64,000 bases of DNA from positions 17,232 through 81,231 of the forward strand of contig JANQZX010000072.1 in assembly GCA_030728245.1 (NCBI GenBank), written 5' to 3'. Source of the DNA: Saprospiraceae bacterium (GTDB lineage Bacteria > Bacteroidota > Bacteroidia > Chitinophagales > Saprospiraceae). Below are positions 1 through 9,836 of this stretch, piece by piece (position 1 is the stretch's first letter; each line of letters starts with the position of its first letter). The notes beneath the pieces were generated by a model that made no database searches, was not told the origin of the DNA, and saw only the letters and a program-made list of their open reading frames with translations. The position numbers and the translations under genes are program-made.

Positions 1-1
1 A

Positions 2-469
2 GGAGGCTTTTTCAAAAGTCTTACTTTGTATTTTAATGCTTTAGAATTTAATGCATTTGGCTATAACCTATTTAAATATTGGGGATATTTGATTTACGGC
101 TATAACAAGATTAAATTATTAGGACCGTTGACGGCAGGTATATCATTTATACTAATTCTTTATTTTTCAATTAAAAAGGGAAAAGGTTTATGGGAATCTT
201 TTCCTTTACAATGTTTAGTTTTATATTTTATATATCTATTTTTTAGTCCTGTTGTTCACCCATGGTATTTAATTCCTTTGGTTTTCTTTGCTGTATTTAA
301 CAGAATGTATTTTGTTATTGTATGGACAACTTTTTCAATGCTAAGTTACAGTCATTACCAGGGGGGAATAAATAAAGAACAATATTACCTTGTTTTTCTT
401 GAATATGCTATTGTTTTGATAGTCCTATGGACCGACCTTTCTCAAAAGCGTTTTGACACGGAGGCTTGA
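2..469 (+). CDS. C-terminal part of a polytopic membrane protein, GT-C/DUF2029-like glycosyltransferase (5' end outside window)
   Basis: The frame is open from base 2, with no stop upstream of the listed TTG at 26. The sequence is strongly hydrophobic with multiple TM segments and has HPWYLIPL near the C-terminus, as in DUF2029/GT87-type mannosyltransferases. Stop TGA at 467-469. Confidence 0.45.
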   Translation, partial: GGFFKSLTLYFNALEFNAFGYNLFKYWGYLIYGYNKIKLLGPLTAGISFILILYFSIKKGKGLWESFPLQCLVLYFIYLFFSPVVHPWYLIPLVFFAVFNRMYFVIVWTTFSMLSYSHYQGGINKEQYYLVFLEYAIVLIVLWTDLSQKRFDTEA

Positions 470-473
470 GCGT

Positions 474-515
474 ATTTAACCATCTAAAGATTTAATACTC
501 TTTAGATGGTTAAAT
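474..515. terminator. Bidirectional hairpin terminator between convergent genes
   Basis: Perfect 16-bp inverted repeat ATTTAACCATCTAAAG / CTTTAGATGGTTAAAT with a 10-nt loop. It lies between the stops at 469 (+) and 523 (-). Confidence 0.5.
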
Positions 516-522
516 TAAAATT

Positions 523-828
523 CTAAGAAAAAAGTCTGGCAATTTGCCTCCAGGATCCTGCATTATGAGCATCGAGACCATTTTTGCGCAGTAAAGAAAC
601 AGCCATGCTACTTCTGCTACCAGATTGACAGCAAGCTATAATTGTTTTTTGTTTAGCTTTGAGTTCAGAAATTTTACCTGACAAATCACTTAAAGGAATA
701 TTTACTGATTTTGGATGATGACCATTTTTAAATTCTTCCTTTGTGCGAACGTCAATAATGAGGGCACCATTTTCAGCAAATGCTTTTAAATCGGGGCCAG
801 TGAATAGATTTTTTAACCAGTTTAACAT
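523..828 (-). CDS. Single-domain rhodanese-like sulfurtransferase
   Basis: 101-aa ORF with the DVRTKEEF...GH..S.N.P layout and active-site loop CCQSGSRS typical of small rhodanese proteins. Confidence 0.85.
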   Translation of the reverse strand: MLNWLKNLFTGPDLKAFAENGALIIDVRTKEEFKNGHHPKSVNIPLSDLSGKISELKAKQKTIIACCQSGSRSSMAVSLLRKNGLDAHNAGSWRQIARLFS

Positions 829-842
829 TGTTTATTTTTTTT

Positions 843-850
843 CAAAATTA
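843..850 (-). promoter_or_regulatory. Candidate Bacteroidota -7 promoter box (TAATTTTG on minus strand) for the rhodanese gene
   Basis: Plus-strand CAAAATTA is the reverse complement of TAATTTTG, which matches TAnnTTTG. It lies 15 nt upstream of the ATG at 828. Confidence 0.3.
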
Positions 851-907
851 GGTGTTGTTCATTAAAAACATTGTGACTACCATCACACTAAAAGGTAAGT
901 AGGGAAA

Positions 908-2818
908 ATGGAAGGAATAGAGGAAAGAATCAGAGAACTTGAGAAATGGCTTACGTTGGAAAAGCAAGAAGATTTAAGACAGTTTCAGTCTTACCTTCTG
1001 CCTTTGTCATTAGCTGAAAAAAGAGAAAGGGGCTATTTATGGTATCCTTTGACTATTTTGCATCAGGGTTTTTCGATAGGAGAAAATATAAAGGTATCGG
1101 TTGAGCGAACTAAAAACAAGGGAAAAGCACACGTTTTCAGAGCGGGGAATCCTATTCGATTATGCGAAATTACTGATCAAAAGGAGGGGACTTATCTGGT
1201 TGGCGTGGTACATTTTGTAAGAGAGGATACGATGCAGATTATTTTTGGACAATCGTTTCTCCCCGACTGGGTTTTTAAATCGTCTATTGCTATTCTTCCT
1301 GAATTTGATGAAAAGTCATATAGAGAAATGGAATCGGTATTAAAAACATTGAAGAATACCCACAAAGGACGAGTTCAGCATTTTAAAGAGATACTATTTG
1401 GGGATAAATTACCCGTTTTTTCTCTATTGAAAGATGAAGTTCCAAATATTTTGCTTAACAACTCCCAGAATGACGCAATTAATCATATTATTTCAGCAAA
1501 AGATATAGCTATTATTCATGGTCCCCCTGGTACGGGTAAGACCACTACGCTGGTGTCAGCTATTGCACGTTTATGTGAGATTGAGTATCAAGTACTGGTT
1601 TGTGCTCCCAGCAACACTGCGGTAGATTTATTAACAGAAAGAATAAGCAAAAAGGGGATTAATGTAGTGCGATTAGGAAATATTTCCAGGGTTGATGAAG
1701 ATATTTTGAATCATACACTCGATTACCAGATATCAGCACACGAGGAATCTAAAGCTATCAAAAGAATGCGCATTGAGGCAGACGCTTTAAGAAAGAAGGC
1801 TAATTCTTTTCGCATGCCTTTAGATTATGGCCAGAAAAGACAGAAAAGAGAATTATTGAGTGAAGCGAGTGATCTTTCTACTTGGGTAAATCAATTAGAA
1901 AAACGACTGATAGAGCAAATTTTAGATCGTGCACAGGTAATTACTTGTACTTTGGTGGGTGCTGCTCATTCTTTATTAGCTGGAAGAAAGTTTACTACAG
2001 TACTTATTGATGAAGCGGCCCAAGCACTTGAACCAGCTACCTGGATACCTATTTTGAAAGCAGAAAGGGTGGTCCTCTGTGGTGACCCTTTTCAACTTCC
2101 ACCTACAGTAAAATCAAGAGATGCCAATAAATCTGGTTTGGCATTAACCTTAATGGAGAAAGCCATACAAAAGGGATTTGTGCATCAAATGCTGGAAGTC
2201 CAGTATCGTGGTAATGAATTAATAATGGGCTACTCAAATCAGTATTTTTATAATAATAAGCTGTTGGCTTCTCCTACAGTGAAAGATAAAAAATTACCTT
2301 TTCAGGATAATAGCCCTTTGATTTTTATAGATACAGCGGGAACTGGTTTCGAGGAAAAACCTGAACCTGGTTCGGGAAGCCTCTATAATGCCGATGAGTT
2401 TAGTCTCTTAAGGGAGCATATTTATCGAATAATAAACGAAACACAAACCCTGGTTAATTTTGATTTTCCCTCTATCGTAATACTTTCCCCATATAAAGGT
2501 CAAATCAATTACATGGAAAGAGAAATTCGAGCTGACGATAAACTAGTGAATTTAGCGATAAAAGTGAAAACAATCGATGGTTTTCAGGGTCAGGAGAGTG
2601 ATATTGTAATTGTTAGTTTAGTTAGGTCAAATGGAAAAAATGACATAGGATTTTTAAAGGACTACCGTCGGTTTAATGTGGCCATAACCAGAGCTAAATG
2701 TCAGGTAGTAGTGGTAGGAGATAGCTCTACTATAGGTAAAGACTCGTTTTTTGCTGGATTCCTGGATTACTGCGAGTTGAACGCCTCCTATAGAACAGCT
2801 TGGGAGTACATGGCATAA
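908..2818 (+). CDS. Superfamily 1B helicase, Upf1/IGHMBP2 (DNA2/NAM7)-like
   Basis: 636 aa. Walker A GPPGTGKTTT, Walker B LIDEAAQ, GDPFQLPPTV, VQYRGN, IDGFQGQESDIVIVSLVRSN and NVAITRAK appear in canonical SF1B order. Confidence 0.85.
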   Translation: MEGIEERIRELEKWLTLEKQEDLRQFQSYLLPLSLAEKRERGYLWYPLTILHQGFSIGENIKVSVERTKNKGKAHVFRAGNPIRLCEITDQKEGTYLVGVVHFVREDTMQIIFGQSFLPDWVFKSSIAILPEFDEKSYREMESVLKTLKNTHKGRVQHFKEILFGDKLPVFSLLKDEVPNILLNNSQNDAINHIISAKDIAIIHGPPGTGKTTTLVSAIARLCEIEYQVLVCAPSNTAVDLLTERISKKGINVVRLGNISRVDEDILNHTLDYQISAHEESKAIKRMRIEADALRKKANSFRMPLDYGQKRQKRELLSEASDLSTWVNQLEKRLIEQILDRAQVITCTLVGAAHSLLAGRKFTTVLIDEAAQALEPATWIPILKAERVVLCGDPFQLPPTVKSRDANKSGLALTLMEKAIQKGFVHQMLEVQYRGNELIMGYSNQYFYNNKLLASPTVKDKKLPFQDNSPLIFIDTAGTGFEEKPEPGSGSLYNADEFSLLREHIYRIINETQTLVNFDFPSIVILSPYKGQINYMEREIRADDKLVNLAIKVKTIDGFQGQESDIVIVSLVRSNGKNDIGFLKDYRRFNVAITRAKCQVVVVGDSSTIGKDSFFAGFLDYCELNASYRTAWEYMA

Positions 2819-2850
2819 AAAAAGGGGAAGATTTTCACCTTCCCCCTTTA
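2817..2850. terminator. Bidirectional hairpin terminator (helicase / gldN convergent pair)
   Basis: GGGGAAG / CTTCCCC stem with an 8-nt loop, flanked by an A-run on the left and T residues on the right. Confidence 0.45.
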
Positions 2851-2861
2851 TAACCTTTTAT

Positions 2862-3731
2862 TTAATGAACCCAAAGATCATTTTCATAATTGAAAATGGA
2901 TTGTTTCAATTTTTCTGATTCTAAGAGCATATCTCTACCAGAACCAAACTGATTTTGTAATCGTTGGTCACCTACGTTAGATACCTTGATAATATAGGAA
3001 GAGAAATACCTCATTTCCATTAAATCTTCCCAGGAAATTTGAGAAGCGTCATTTGCCGGGTTGAATACCATTTCATTTACAAGATATTCTCTTGCTTCAG
3101 GGTAATAAACCCAAAACACTGGAGTTTCACCTATAGTTGAACCTTGATCAGACTTTACCTGGATGAGTGGCGCGATACCCAGAATTCTAACTTTTTGGGT
3201 AGAAGATTGTTTGTCGAAATACCATATTTCTTTTACCCTGTAACGTTTGATATCTGCGAAATTAAGATCATTTTTTACTTCCTTTACGGTAATCTCGTAA
3301 GTTACCGGATCCTGTATAGGAACTGAATCGATTTTAAACAATTGTTTATCAATTTGTTCTTGATTCATTTCTTGTTTAAAATCCTCATCTGCAAAAACAC
3401 GCATTGGTTTTTCCTCGTTTTTAATGGCATCCAGGAAGATTTGAAACAGAGGTCTGACAGGATAAGTAAAAGTCTGATTCATTTTTTCACGAACATCTAT
3501 GACTCTCCACACTCTTTTTTTCCAAAAAACATCGGCTTCTCTGAGTGGCTCATAGGGAAGTAACTTTTTGGTTTGCTTTATGCTTGAACCAGTAATATCA
3601 TCGAGAGGAGCTTCCCTAAGTATAGTTCCTGATTCAGTCATAATATTGTCCGGCACCTGAGAAAAACCACTAACACTTATAAAAGTGAGTAGAGACAGGA
3701 TTAGGAATGGACTAAAATTTTTCTTGAACAT
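2862..3731 (-). CDS. gldN: Gliding motility / T9SS protein GldN (PorN)
   Basis: 289 aa with a signal peptide and a conserved KEIWYFDKQSS block. It is the last gene in the K-L-M-N order. Confidence 0.85.
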   Translation of the reverse strand: MFKKNFSPFLILSLLTFISVSGFSQVPDNIMTESGTILREAPLDDITGSSIKQTKKLLPYEPLREADVFWKKRVWRVIDVREKMNQTFTYPVRPLFQIFLDAIKNEEKPMRVFADEDFKQEMNQEQIDKQLFKIDSVPIQDPVTYEITVKEVKNDLNFADIKRYRVKEIWYFDKQSSTQKVRILGIAPLIQVKSDQGSTIGETPVFWVYYPEAREYLVNEMVFNPANDASQISWEDLMEMRYFSSYIIKVSNVGDQRLQNQFGSGRDMLLESEKLKQSIFNYENDLWVH

Positions 3732-3740
3732 GGATAAACT

Positions 3741-5318
3741 TTATTTAATTTGAAATACCAAAGAGTTTATTTTTCTTCCAGCCACATCACCGGGGCAGCG
3801 TGCTCTAACATTATTGAAATAATATGCATCACCTGGTTTTGCTAAATTCAACAATCTTTTCGATTCTGCGGTAAATGTTCCACTACCGTTAATAACTACG
3901 ATTGGATCTTCTCTTTTGGGTGCATAAACCAATTCAAATCCTGCAATATCGCATCGTGCATCGAAATCAAAGCCGGACAGTTCTGCAATAACACCTAGTT
4001 GAGCTTTCATAACACCGTTGCCTAAATCTCCACCTGTTGAACCTCCCAGTTTAGCTACTGGATCAGGAATAGGCTTGATTCTGAAATCAAAAGTGGTAGG
4101 ATTTAATCCACCACCGGAAATGGTAAGCTTTGCTACGCCACCACCGCCTGTAACTTTAGCGATATATTTACCAGCACCATTGGGTGTCAGTGTAGCATTG
4201 GAGGCAGAAACACGTAAATCGTTACTTGATACACCAGCTGCGACAACAGAAAGAGGATTTTCAACCCCTGTGTAAAATACATTCATTTTATCGGCAGTGA
4301 CAGTTACGGAACGACGGCCTACTTCATACTCAAATTCTTTTGAATAGGTTTCTTGTTCCCCTGTGGTTGGATTTTTTAGACTTACATCTACTTTGTACTT
4401 TTTCAGACCTGTTCCAGAAGTGGTAGAAGTAAATTTGCCAATACCGTCAGTGACACTAAGAGGAGAACCATTTACCCTGATAGACATATTCTCAGTAATA
4501 GATTTAGAGGTTGCTCCTACAGATATTTCAGCATTATAAGTTTCACCTTCAATAACATAGCTTTTTACTGCTGAAGATATTGGGATAAAATTATCTACTT
4601 TAAAAGAGGTTAAACCTACTTGATTAACCAAGAAATTAATAACAGCACTTTCAGAACTCTTCATATCATTTTGCATCTGCGTTAGCAGAGGAAATACAGC
4701 AGCCAATGGCATTTGTTTGAAGGTAAATTCAGACCACGACTTGGCTATCTTATCTTTTTTCCAACTTTCAGAAATATTTAGGGAAATAGATTTTGACAAT
4801 TCCTCAATGCTTGTTTCGTTTATCTGAGTGCCGGGTAGTCCGGATAGTGTTTTAATTCTGGATAAAATTCTTTCACGATCCGCTAAGATTCTTTTTTCTA
4901 ATTCATCACCTCTTTTTTTATCTACTAAAATCCGTGTGGTTATATCTTTATTTTTATAACCTTTAGGATAATTTGCATGATCGCGATCATCGGCTGGGTA
5001 ATACCCCTCAGTAGCGTCAACCATCTCAGTTCTAACAGATTCAACATAAGCATTAAACTCTTTAGAAATTTGAGCAACATCCTTAGCTACATCTAATAGA
5101 GGTTGATATTTTCCTCTGTCTTGTTCTACATTTTTTTCTAGGGCGGTCATAGTAATAACGTGTGAATCATCAAAAATGCTATTACTATTTTTTATACCAT
5201 CATTTATGACAAAAAATGCGTTAATAATCTTAGCAGAAACGTTTAATGCCAGCATAGCCGTTAAGACCAGGTACATTAAGTTAATCATCAACTGCCTCGG
5301 TTCCTTTGGAATGGACAT
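3741..5318 (-). CDS. gldM: Gliding motility / T9SS protein GldM (PorM)
   Basis: 525 aa. The N-terminal anchor RQLMINLMYLVLTAMLALN is the hallmark GldM start, followed by a long periplasmic beta-rich C-terminus. Its position lies between gldL and gldN. Confidence 0.9.
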   Translation of the reverse strand: MSIPKEPRQLMINLMYLVLTAMLALNVSAKIINAFFVINDGIKNSNSIFDDSHVITMTALEKNVEQDRGKYQPLLDVAKDVAQISKEFNAYVESVRTEMVDATEGYYPADDRDHANYPKGYKNKDITTRILVDKKRGDELEKRILADRERILSRIKTLSGLPGTQINETSIEELSKSISLNISESWKKDKIAKSWSEFTFKQMPLAAVFPLLTQMQNDMKSSESAVINFLVNQVGLTSFKVDNFIPISSAVKSYVIEGETYNAEISVGATSKSITENMSIRVNGSPLSVTDGIGKFTSTTSGTGLKKYKVDVSLKNPTTGEQETYSKEFEYEVGRRSVTVTADKMNVFYTGVENPLSVVAAGVSSNDLRVSASNATLTPNGAGKYIAKVTGGGGVAKLTISGGGLNPTTFDFRIKPIPDPVAKLGGSTGGDLGNGVMKAQLGVIAELSGFDFDARCDIAGFELVYAPKREDPIVVINGSGTFTAESKRLLNLAKPGDAYYFNNVRARCPGDVAGRKINSLVFQIK

Positions 5319-5361
5319 ACTATTCTATTTTCTAAATAAATAAAAAAATTCAGTTCTAATT

Positions 5362-5976
5362 TTAACCGTTCTGACGAACATTTGCCATAGCTGACAACAT
5401 ATTGCCGTACACTTGATTTAGAGAAGTGAAAGTGCGATTAAGATCGCTCAAATTCTTATTTAATTCAGCTAACTTAGTTTTATATGCTTTTGCTTCCTCC
5501 GTGGAATCCTGAAGATCCATCATAGCATCATTTATTTTAGAATAGAAGTTCGTCATGGAACGAAGTTGCTCTTTCGTACCTGAAAAATCTACTTCCTGAA
5601 GAGCTTTCAAAGAAGACAGACTTCCTGAAATAACCTGTAATTCGCCAATCATAGAACCTAGGTACTTTTCAACCATTTCTTTAGGTACTGGATTTTGTTG
5701 TGCAACCTGACCTCCCTGAGAGATAGGGTTTACTGCACCAGAATAATCATCTAAACCTGGATATAATTTTTCCCAATAATAATCCTTATCTGGTCCTATT
5801 ACGCCCAAAAAGAAAAATAAAGCGGCTTCTGTTAACATGCCAGCCATCAATAATTGGTCAGCATAAGCCCAAGACATAATTTTGAACAAAGCACCAATTA
5901 AAACGACTGATGCACCCACACCGATAAGAAGGTTTTTGAAATATTTGAAACCTTTACTTTTCAATACATTACTCAT
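5362..5976 (-). CDS. gldL: Gliding motility / T9SS protein GldL (PorL)
   Basis: 204 aa with two N-terminal TM helices followed by a coiled-coil cytoplasmic tail. Its position lies between gldK and gldM. Confidence 0.85.
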   Translation of the reverse strand: MSNVLKSKGFKYFKNLLIGVGASVVLIGALFKIMSWAYADQLLMAGMLTEAALFFFLGVIGPDKDYYWEKLYPGLDDYSGAVNPISQGGQVAQQNPVPKEMVEKYLGSMIGELQVISGSLSSLKALQEVDFSGTKEQLRSMTNFYSKINDAMMDLQDSTEEAKAYKTKLAELNKNLSDLNRTFTSLNQVYGNMLSAMANVRQNG

Positions 5977-6026
5977 TTGAGAAAACTTTAAACAGGTTAA
6001 TGATATGTTTTTATAAAATAATATGA

Positions 6027-7277
6027 CTAGAAGTCATTAATGGATCTTCCTAAGAAGGTTAATACGTTTCTAAATCCAATATATGACTTAGTTGTATCTT
6101 GAAATTCGTAAGTTCTGGAACTATTCTGTAAAAAGAAGTGAGAATCTTTCCATGAGCCTCCTCTGATTACTTTCCTTTTGTTACTTGGGTCTTCTTTATC
6201 GTCAGCATCATAACGATAATCTGGATTTAAATCGCTCACTCTGCTAAGAATATTTTCAGCGTAAGCGGTTAAAGTCCACTCAGCGACATTCCCTGCCATG
6301 TTATACAATCCATAATCATTTGGAAAATAAGCATCAGCTTTTACGGTGTACATTCCGCCATCTTCCGGATAATTACCGCGACCTGGTTTGAAATTTGCTA
6401 TTAAACAGCCTTTGGCATTTCTAATGTAAGGACCACCCCAGGGATACATAGCTTGTTCATGACCGCCTCTGGCTGCATATTCCCATTCAAACTCTGAAGG
6501 TAAGCGAAAATCTTCTGTATTAACCTGATCTTTCCCTAGGCTTTTGTTATACAATGCTGTTCTCCAATTAGAGAAAGCATTAACCATGTTCCAATCAACA
6601 CCGACGACAGGATAGTCATCATAATTTGGATGGTCAAAATAATTTCGCGTCATCGGTTCATTGTAGGAATAAGCGAAATCACGCACCCAAACAAATTTGT
6701 CAGGGTGAACTTTTACCGTTTTCTTTTTAATGAATTTATTTCTGGCACTTTGACCTTTGTCATGAGCAGCAGCTTGCCAATCATACCATTCGTAAGTATA
6801 TTTTAACAAATCTATATTCAATTCCTTTTTACCAGCCAATTTGTTGTTGCCTTGGTAATACATATCCTGGAGCTCTTCAGCTTCCCAGTCAATTTCCATG
6901 TCCCAATCAATTTCTGGATCCTGTTCTTCGACAGCATCAGGGTCTGCCTCAAGAAAATGTTCTAGTTTTTCATGGGCCATTTTATCCTTTACCCAATGCA
7001 CAAATTGTCTGTATTCATTATTGGTTATTTCAGTGTCATCCATGAAAAAACCCTGAATAGAAATCTGTTTTGGGCGTTGAACAAAAGTCGCACTAATATC
7101 CTGGTCACTTGGACCGATTAAGAGTGTTCCGGATGGCACGTAAACCATTCCATAAGGCTGAATTCCTTTCCAAACGGGGCGGTCTTGCACACCTACTAAT
7201 TCTCCTGTATCGCTTTTTCCGCAACCTACTATGGCGGCAAGCATCAAAAAGAAAATTCCTTTTTGCATTTGTTTCAT
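6027..7277 (-). CDS. gldK: Gliding motility / T9SS lipoprotein GldK (PorK), FGE/SUMF1-fold
   Basis: 416 aa with lipobox LAAIVGC and formylglycine-generating-enzyme-fold blocks (GNVAEW, RGGSWKD). It is the first gene of the KLMN set. Confidence 0.9.
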   Translation of the reverse strand: MKQMQKGIFFLMLAAIVGCGKSDTGELVGVQDRPVWKGIQPYGMVYVPSGTLLIGPSDQDISATFVQRPKQISIQGFFMDDTEITNNEYRQFVHWVKDKMAHEKLEHFLEADPDAVEEQDPEIDWDMEIDWEAEELQDMYYQGNNKLAGKKELNIDLLKYTYEWYDWQAAAHDKGQSARNKFIKKKTVKVHPDKFVWVRDFAYSYNEPMTRNYFDHPNYDDYPVVGVDWNMVNAFSNWRTALYNKSLGKDQVNTEDFRLPSEFEWEYAARGGHEQAMYPWGGPYIRNAKGCLIANFKPGRGNYPEDGGMYTVKADAYFPNDYGLYNMAGNVAEWTLTAYAENILSRVSDLNPDYRYDADDKEDPSNKRKVIRGGSWKDSHFFLQNSSRTYEFQDTTKSYIGFRNVLTFLGRSINDF

Positions 7278-7329
7278 GTTTATACTTCGGTTTTCCTACA
7301 AAATTTTCTTCTTAAAAAAAGAAGTGGGG

Positions 7330-7337
7330 CAAAGATA
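7330..7337 (-). promoter_or_regulatory. Candidate -7 box (TATCTTTG on minus strand) upstream of gldK
   Basis: Plus-strand CAAAGATA is the reverse complement of TATCTTTG, which matches TAnnTTTG. It lies 53 nt upstream of the gldK ATG at 7277. Confidence 0.3.
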
Positions 7338-7455
7338 GATTGTTTCGGCGTACTACAAAAACAACTTATTTATTTTAGCACAATTTATTATATGCAACCC
7401 AAATTCTTTATACAAACGACGTCTTGACATTCTTATTATAATAAATGCTTGTAAA

Positions 7456-8424
7456 TTATAAATTTCTTGGATTGTAAATAATTGGAGGTAAAATTCCCTT
7501 ACCTAATTTTTGGTTTATGGTATATCTCACCATTACTTCATGGCTTCCCGTGGTTGCAGTTCTTATTGTAGATAGGGGAATAGTGTAAGTGTAAAAGAAT
7601 GAAATATTTTCAGCTATTTGAATACCTGCCATCGTCATAAGTCCATCCAGCGTATTGGGACTAAATCCTCTTAAACCAGTTCCTAAGGTGAATTTTTCCC
7701 TGATATTTCCCAAGACGTAGCTATCAAGCTGCAAATTTCCCATGACATATCTCATAATGATACCAGGTTGAACAATAACTTGCGTGGTTAATGGGATAAA
7801 TGCTTTTGAGGAAAAAGTGTAATGTGGTTGTAGTGTTATACCAAAATCACCTTGATTGAGAGATATTGGTAATATGTTTGATGCAGAAAAACCTGTTTCA
7901 AAAAAATTTGTTTTTAGATAAACTCCTCCTTCGTAACTGATGCCGCTCAATGCAATTTCCCCATTGGGTAAAAGATTATCCTGATGATTTATACTGGTCG
8001 AACTATAACTTCCATCTGGCGTTCGCAATATACCTCCATTTAAGCTATATCGCTGGTTCCCAATACCAAGTCCTATCGATAGGGTACTATTTTTACTTAA
8101 ATTCCTAGAGAAACTCCAGTTTAGACCAAGGGATACTTGCCTGCTTGCCCCAAATTGGTCTTCCTGAATTTTTAATCCTATACCGCTTCCCAAGGCTGGG
8201 ATAGGTGCATCTACCAAAAAATAACGGGAGGAAGGATTACCAGGTATTTTTATCCATTGATCTCTGAAGCTTCCCTGTATGGTTATTTTATCGTCTAAAC
8301 CAGTGTAAGCTGGGTTGTATTGAAAAGGGCTGAAAATGACTAAAGAATACGGGTCTATTTGCTGGCTTACACTTTTGTAGGTCAACAAAGTACAGGTAAT
8401 AAATATAATATTCTTGAGGTTCAT
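7456..8424 (-). CDS. PorP/SprF-family T9SS outer-membrane protein
   Basis: About 322 aa from the ATG at 8424; the listed TTG at 8442 is an alternative start. It has a signal peptide, then the F.PFQYNPAYTG motif, a beta-barrel-like alternating pattern and a C-terminal aromatic-rich end. It sits directly upstream of gldK, as porP does in Porphyromonas. Confidence 0.8.
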   Translation of the reverse strand: MNLKNIIFITCTLLTYKSVSQQIDPYSLVIFSPFQYNPAYTGLDDKITIQGSFRDQWIKIPGNPSSRYFLVDAPIPALGSGIGLKIQEDQFGASRQVSLGLNWSFSRNLSKNSTLSIGLGIGNQRYSLNGGILRTPDGSYSSTSINHQDNLLPNGEIALSGISYEGGVYLKTNFFETGFSASNILPISLNQGDFGITLQPHYTFSSKAFIPLTTQVIVQPGIIMRYVMGNLQLDSYVLGNIREKFTLGTGLRGFSPNTLDGLMTMAGIQIAENISFFYTYTIPLSTIRTATTGSHEVMVRYTINQKLGKGILPPIIYNPRNL

Positions 8425-8560
8425 CCTTAAAATTTTCTTCAAAATACAAAAGTTTACTTCTTCATGTATGTGTAAATGTTTTTTTATATAAAATGGTTTT
8501 TGTTTTAAGCGGTTAATTAATAATGTTATGTCAGAGTTTATTTCTGAAAAATATTTTTCC

Positions 8561-9775
8561 TTAAAAGGGTGGAATGCCCGCTTTAAATAAAACGGCGGTT
8601 TCTCCCTCCTTTTGTTGCAAATCTATTTGAGTATTGTGTGGAACGAAAAGAGCTTCTCCTGCAGATATGATTAAGGTATCCTCTGCATTAAGACAAATGC
8701 TACCATGGAGACATAAAATTATGGATGGACCAGTTGATGGAGCTATGCATAATTCATCACCTTTCTCCAACGTATATTCCTTAAGTTCAAAATCGGAAGA
8801 GGGTATGATAAATCTTTTTTCCTTTTGATCAATAATTACAGGTTTTAGAATGCTTGGGAAGGTAGGAAGGAAGTCTAAATGAGCAAGGAGCAGCGGAATA
8901 TCCATGTATTTGTCAGTTAATCCTCCTCTAAATACATTATCAGAATTGACCATTAATTCGATATTAGAACCTTCAAGATAAGCATGCAGAAGTCCTGAAT
9001 CCTGAAAAATAGCCTCTCCGGGTTGAAGATGAACGATATTCATTACATATATCGAAAAAATACCTCTATCCAAATGTCCGTCCTCACGCGTAAAATCGTG
9101 GAAGGCCTTTTTTGCCCAAAAATCAGGAGAATTTTTATTCAGTGATTCGTCGGGCGTATCAAGTAGCGATTTTCGTAAAGGAGCCAGTATATTATCTATC
9201 TCGGTTTGGGGTAACTCCATCCATTTTTGATAGCCTTTTTTAATACCTTCTGTTTTAAAAACGTATGAAAATTCTTTTAATGAAGGTATTTCGTCTAATT
9301 GTTCAGCTGCTTTTTCGGCAGGTAAAAATCCGTGTAATAGCCAAAATGGTGACAGGGCGACCATCATTTCAGGTTTTGGGTTCTGATCTTTGAAAACCCT
9401 GTCGGGCGCATTTAATGGGATTTGTTTATTATTTTCATCGAGAAAACCCTTAATGGCGGCTTCTTTTGATGGATGGGCCTGAATAGACAGCATTTTGTGA
9501 ACATCCAAAATTTTCAGTAAAAAGGGTAGGCGACCCCCATCTTTTATATATGTTTTTTCGCCCAAAAGAGAGGACGGATCTAAATCAATGAATTGCCTGA
9601 GATTCTCTGTTTTTTGATCGCTATGAATGAGAGGAGAGGTTCCACCAGAGTGATCCCCAAACCAAAGTTCTGCGAAGGGCTTCCTTTCCTTATTGTCTAA
9701 TGACAATAATTCAGGAAGAAAATGATACCCACCCCAGGCATAATGTTGAACAAAACCTTTTATCTGTTTTATCAT
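8561..9775 (-). CDS. manA: Mannose-6-phosphate isomerase, class I
   Basis: YAWGG, ELWFGDH and LSIQAHPSKEAA motifs of type I PMI. I place the start at the ATG at 9775 (MIKQIKGF...) rather than at 9856. Confidence 0.8.
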   Translation of the reverse strand: MIKQIKGFVQHYAWGGYHFLPELLSLDNKERKPFAELWFGDHSGGTSPLIHSDQKTENLRQFIDLDPSSLLGEKTYIKDGGRLPFLLKILDVHKMLSIQAHPSKEAAIKGFLDENNKQIPLNAPDRVFKDQNPKPEMMVALSPFWLLHGFLPAEKAAEQLDEIPSLKEFSYVFKTEGIKKGYQKWMELPQTEIDNILAPLRKSLLDTPDESLNKNSPDFWAKKAFHDFTREDGHLDRGIFSIYVMNIVHLQPGEAIFQDSGLLHAYLEGSNIELMVNSDNVFRGGLTDKYMDIPLLLAHLDFLPTFPSILKPVIIDQKEKRFIIPSSDFELKEYTLEKGDELCIAPSTGPSIILCLHGSICLNAEDTLIISAGEALFVPHNTQIDLQQKEGETAVLFKAGIPPF

Positions 9776-9836
9776 GTTGATATTTTTTTCATCCAAATTT
9801 GCTATAAATTCGTTAAATTTGCGAAAATTATTTGAA

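Noticed and set aside
908-2818. Upf1-like helicase as part of a Mokosh-type or other defence system
   Set aside because: There is no PLD or other nuclease domain in the protein or in neighbouring genes. The flanks are housekeeping and T9SS genes with terminators.
6027-7277. GldK (FGE/SUMF1 fold) as the maturase for the Cys-type sulfatase at 50233
   Set aside because: GldK is a structural T9SS lipoprotein, and the shared fold alone does not support FGE activity. No link is visible in the sequence.
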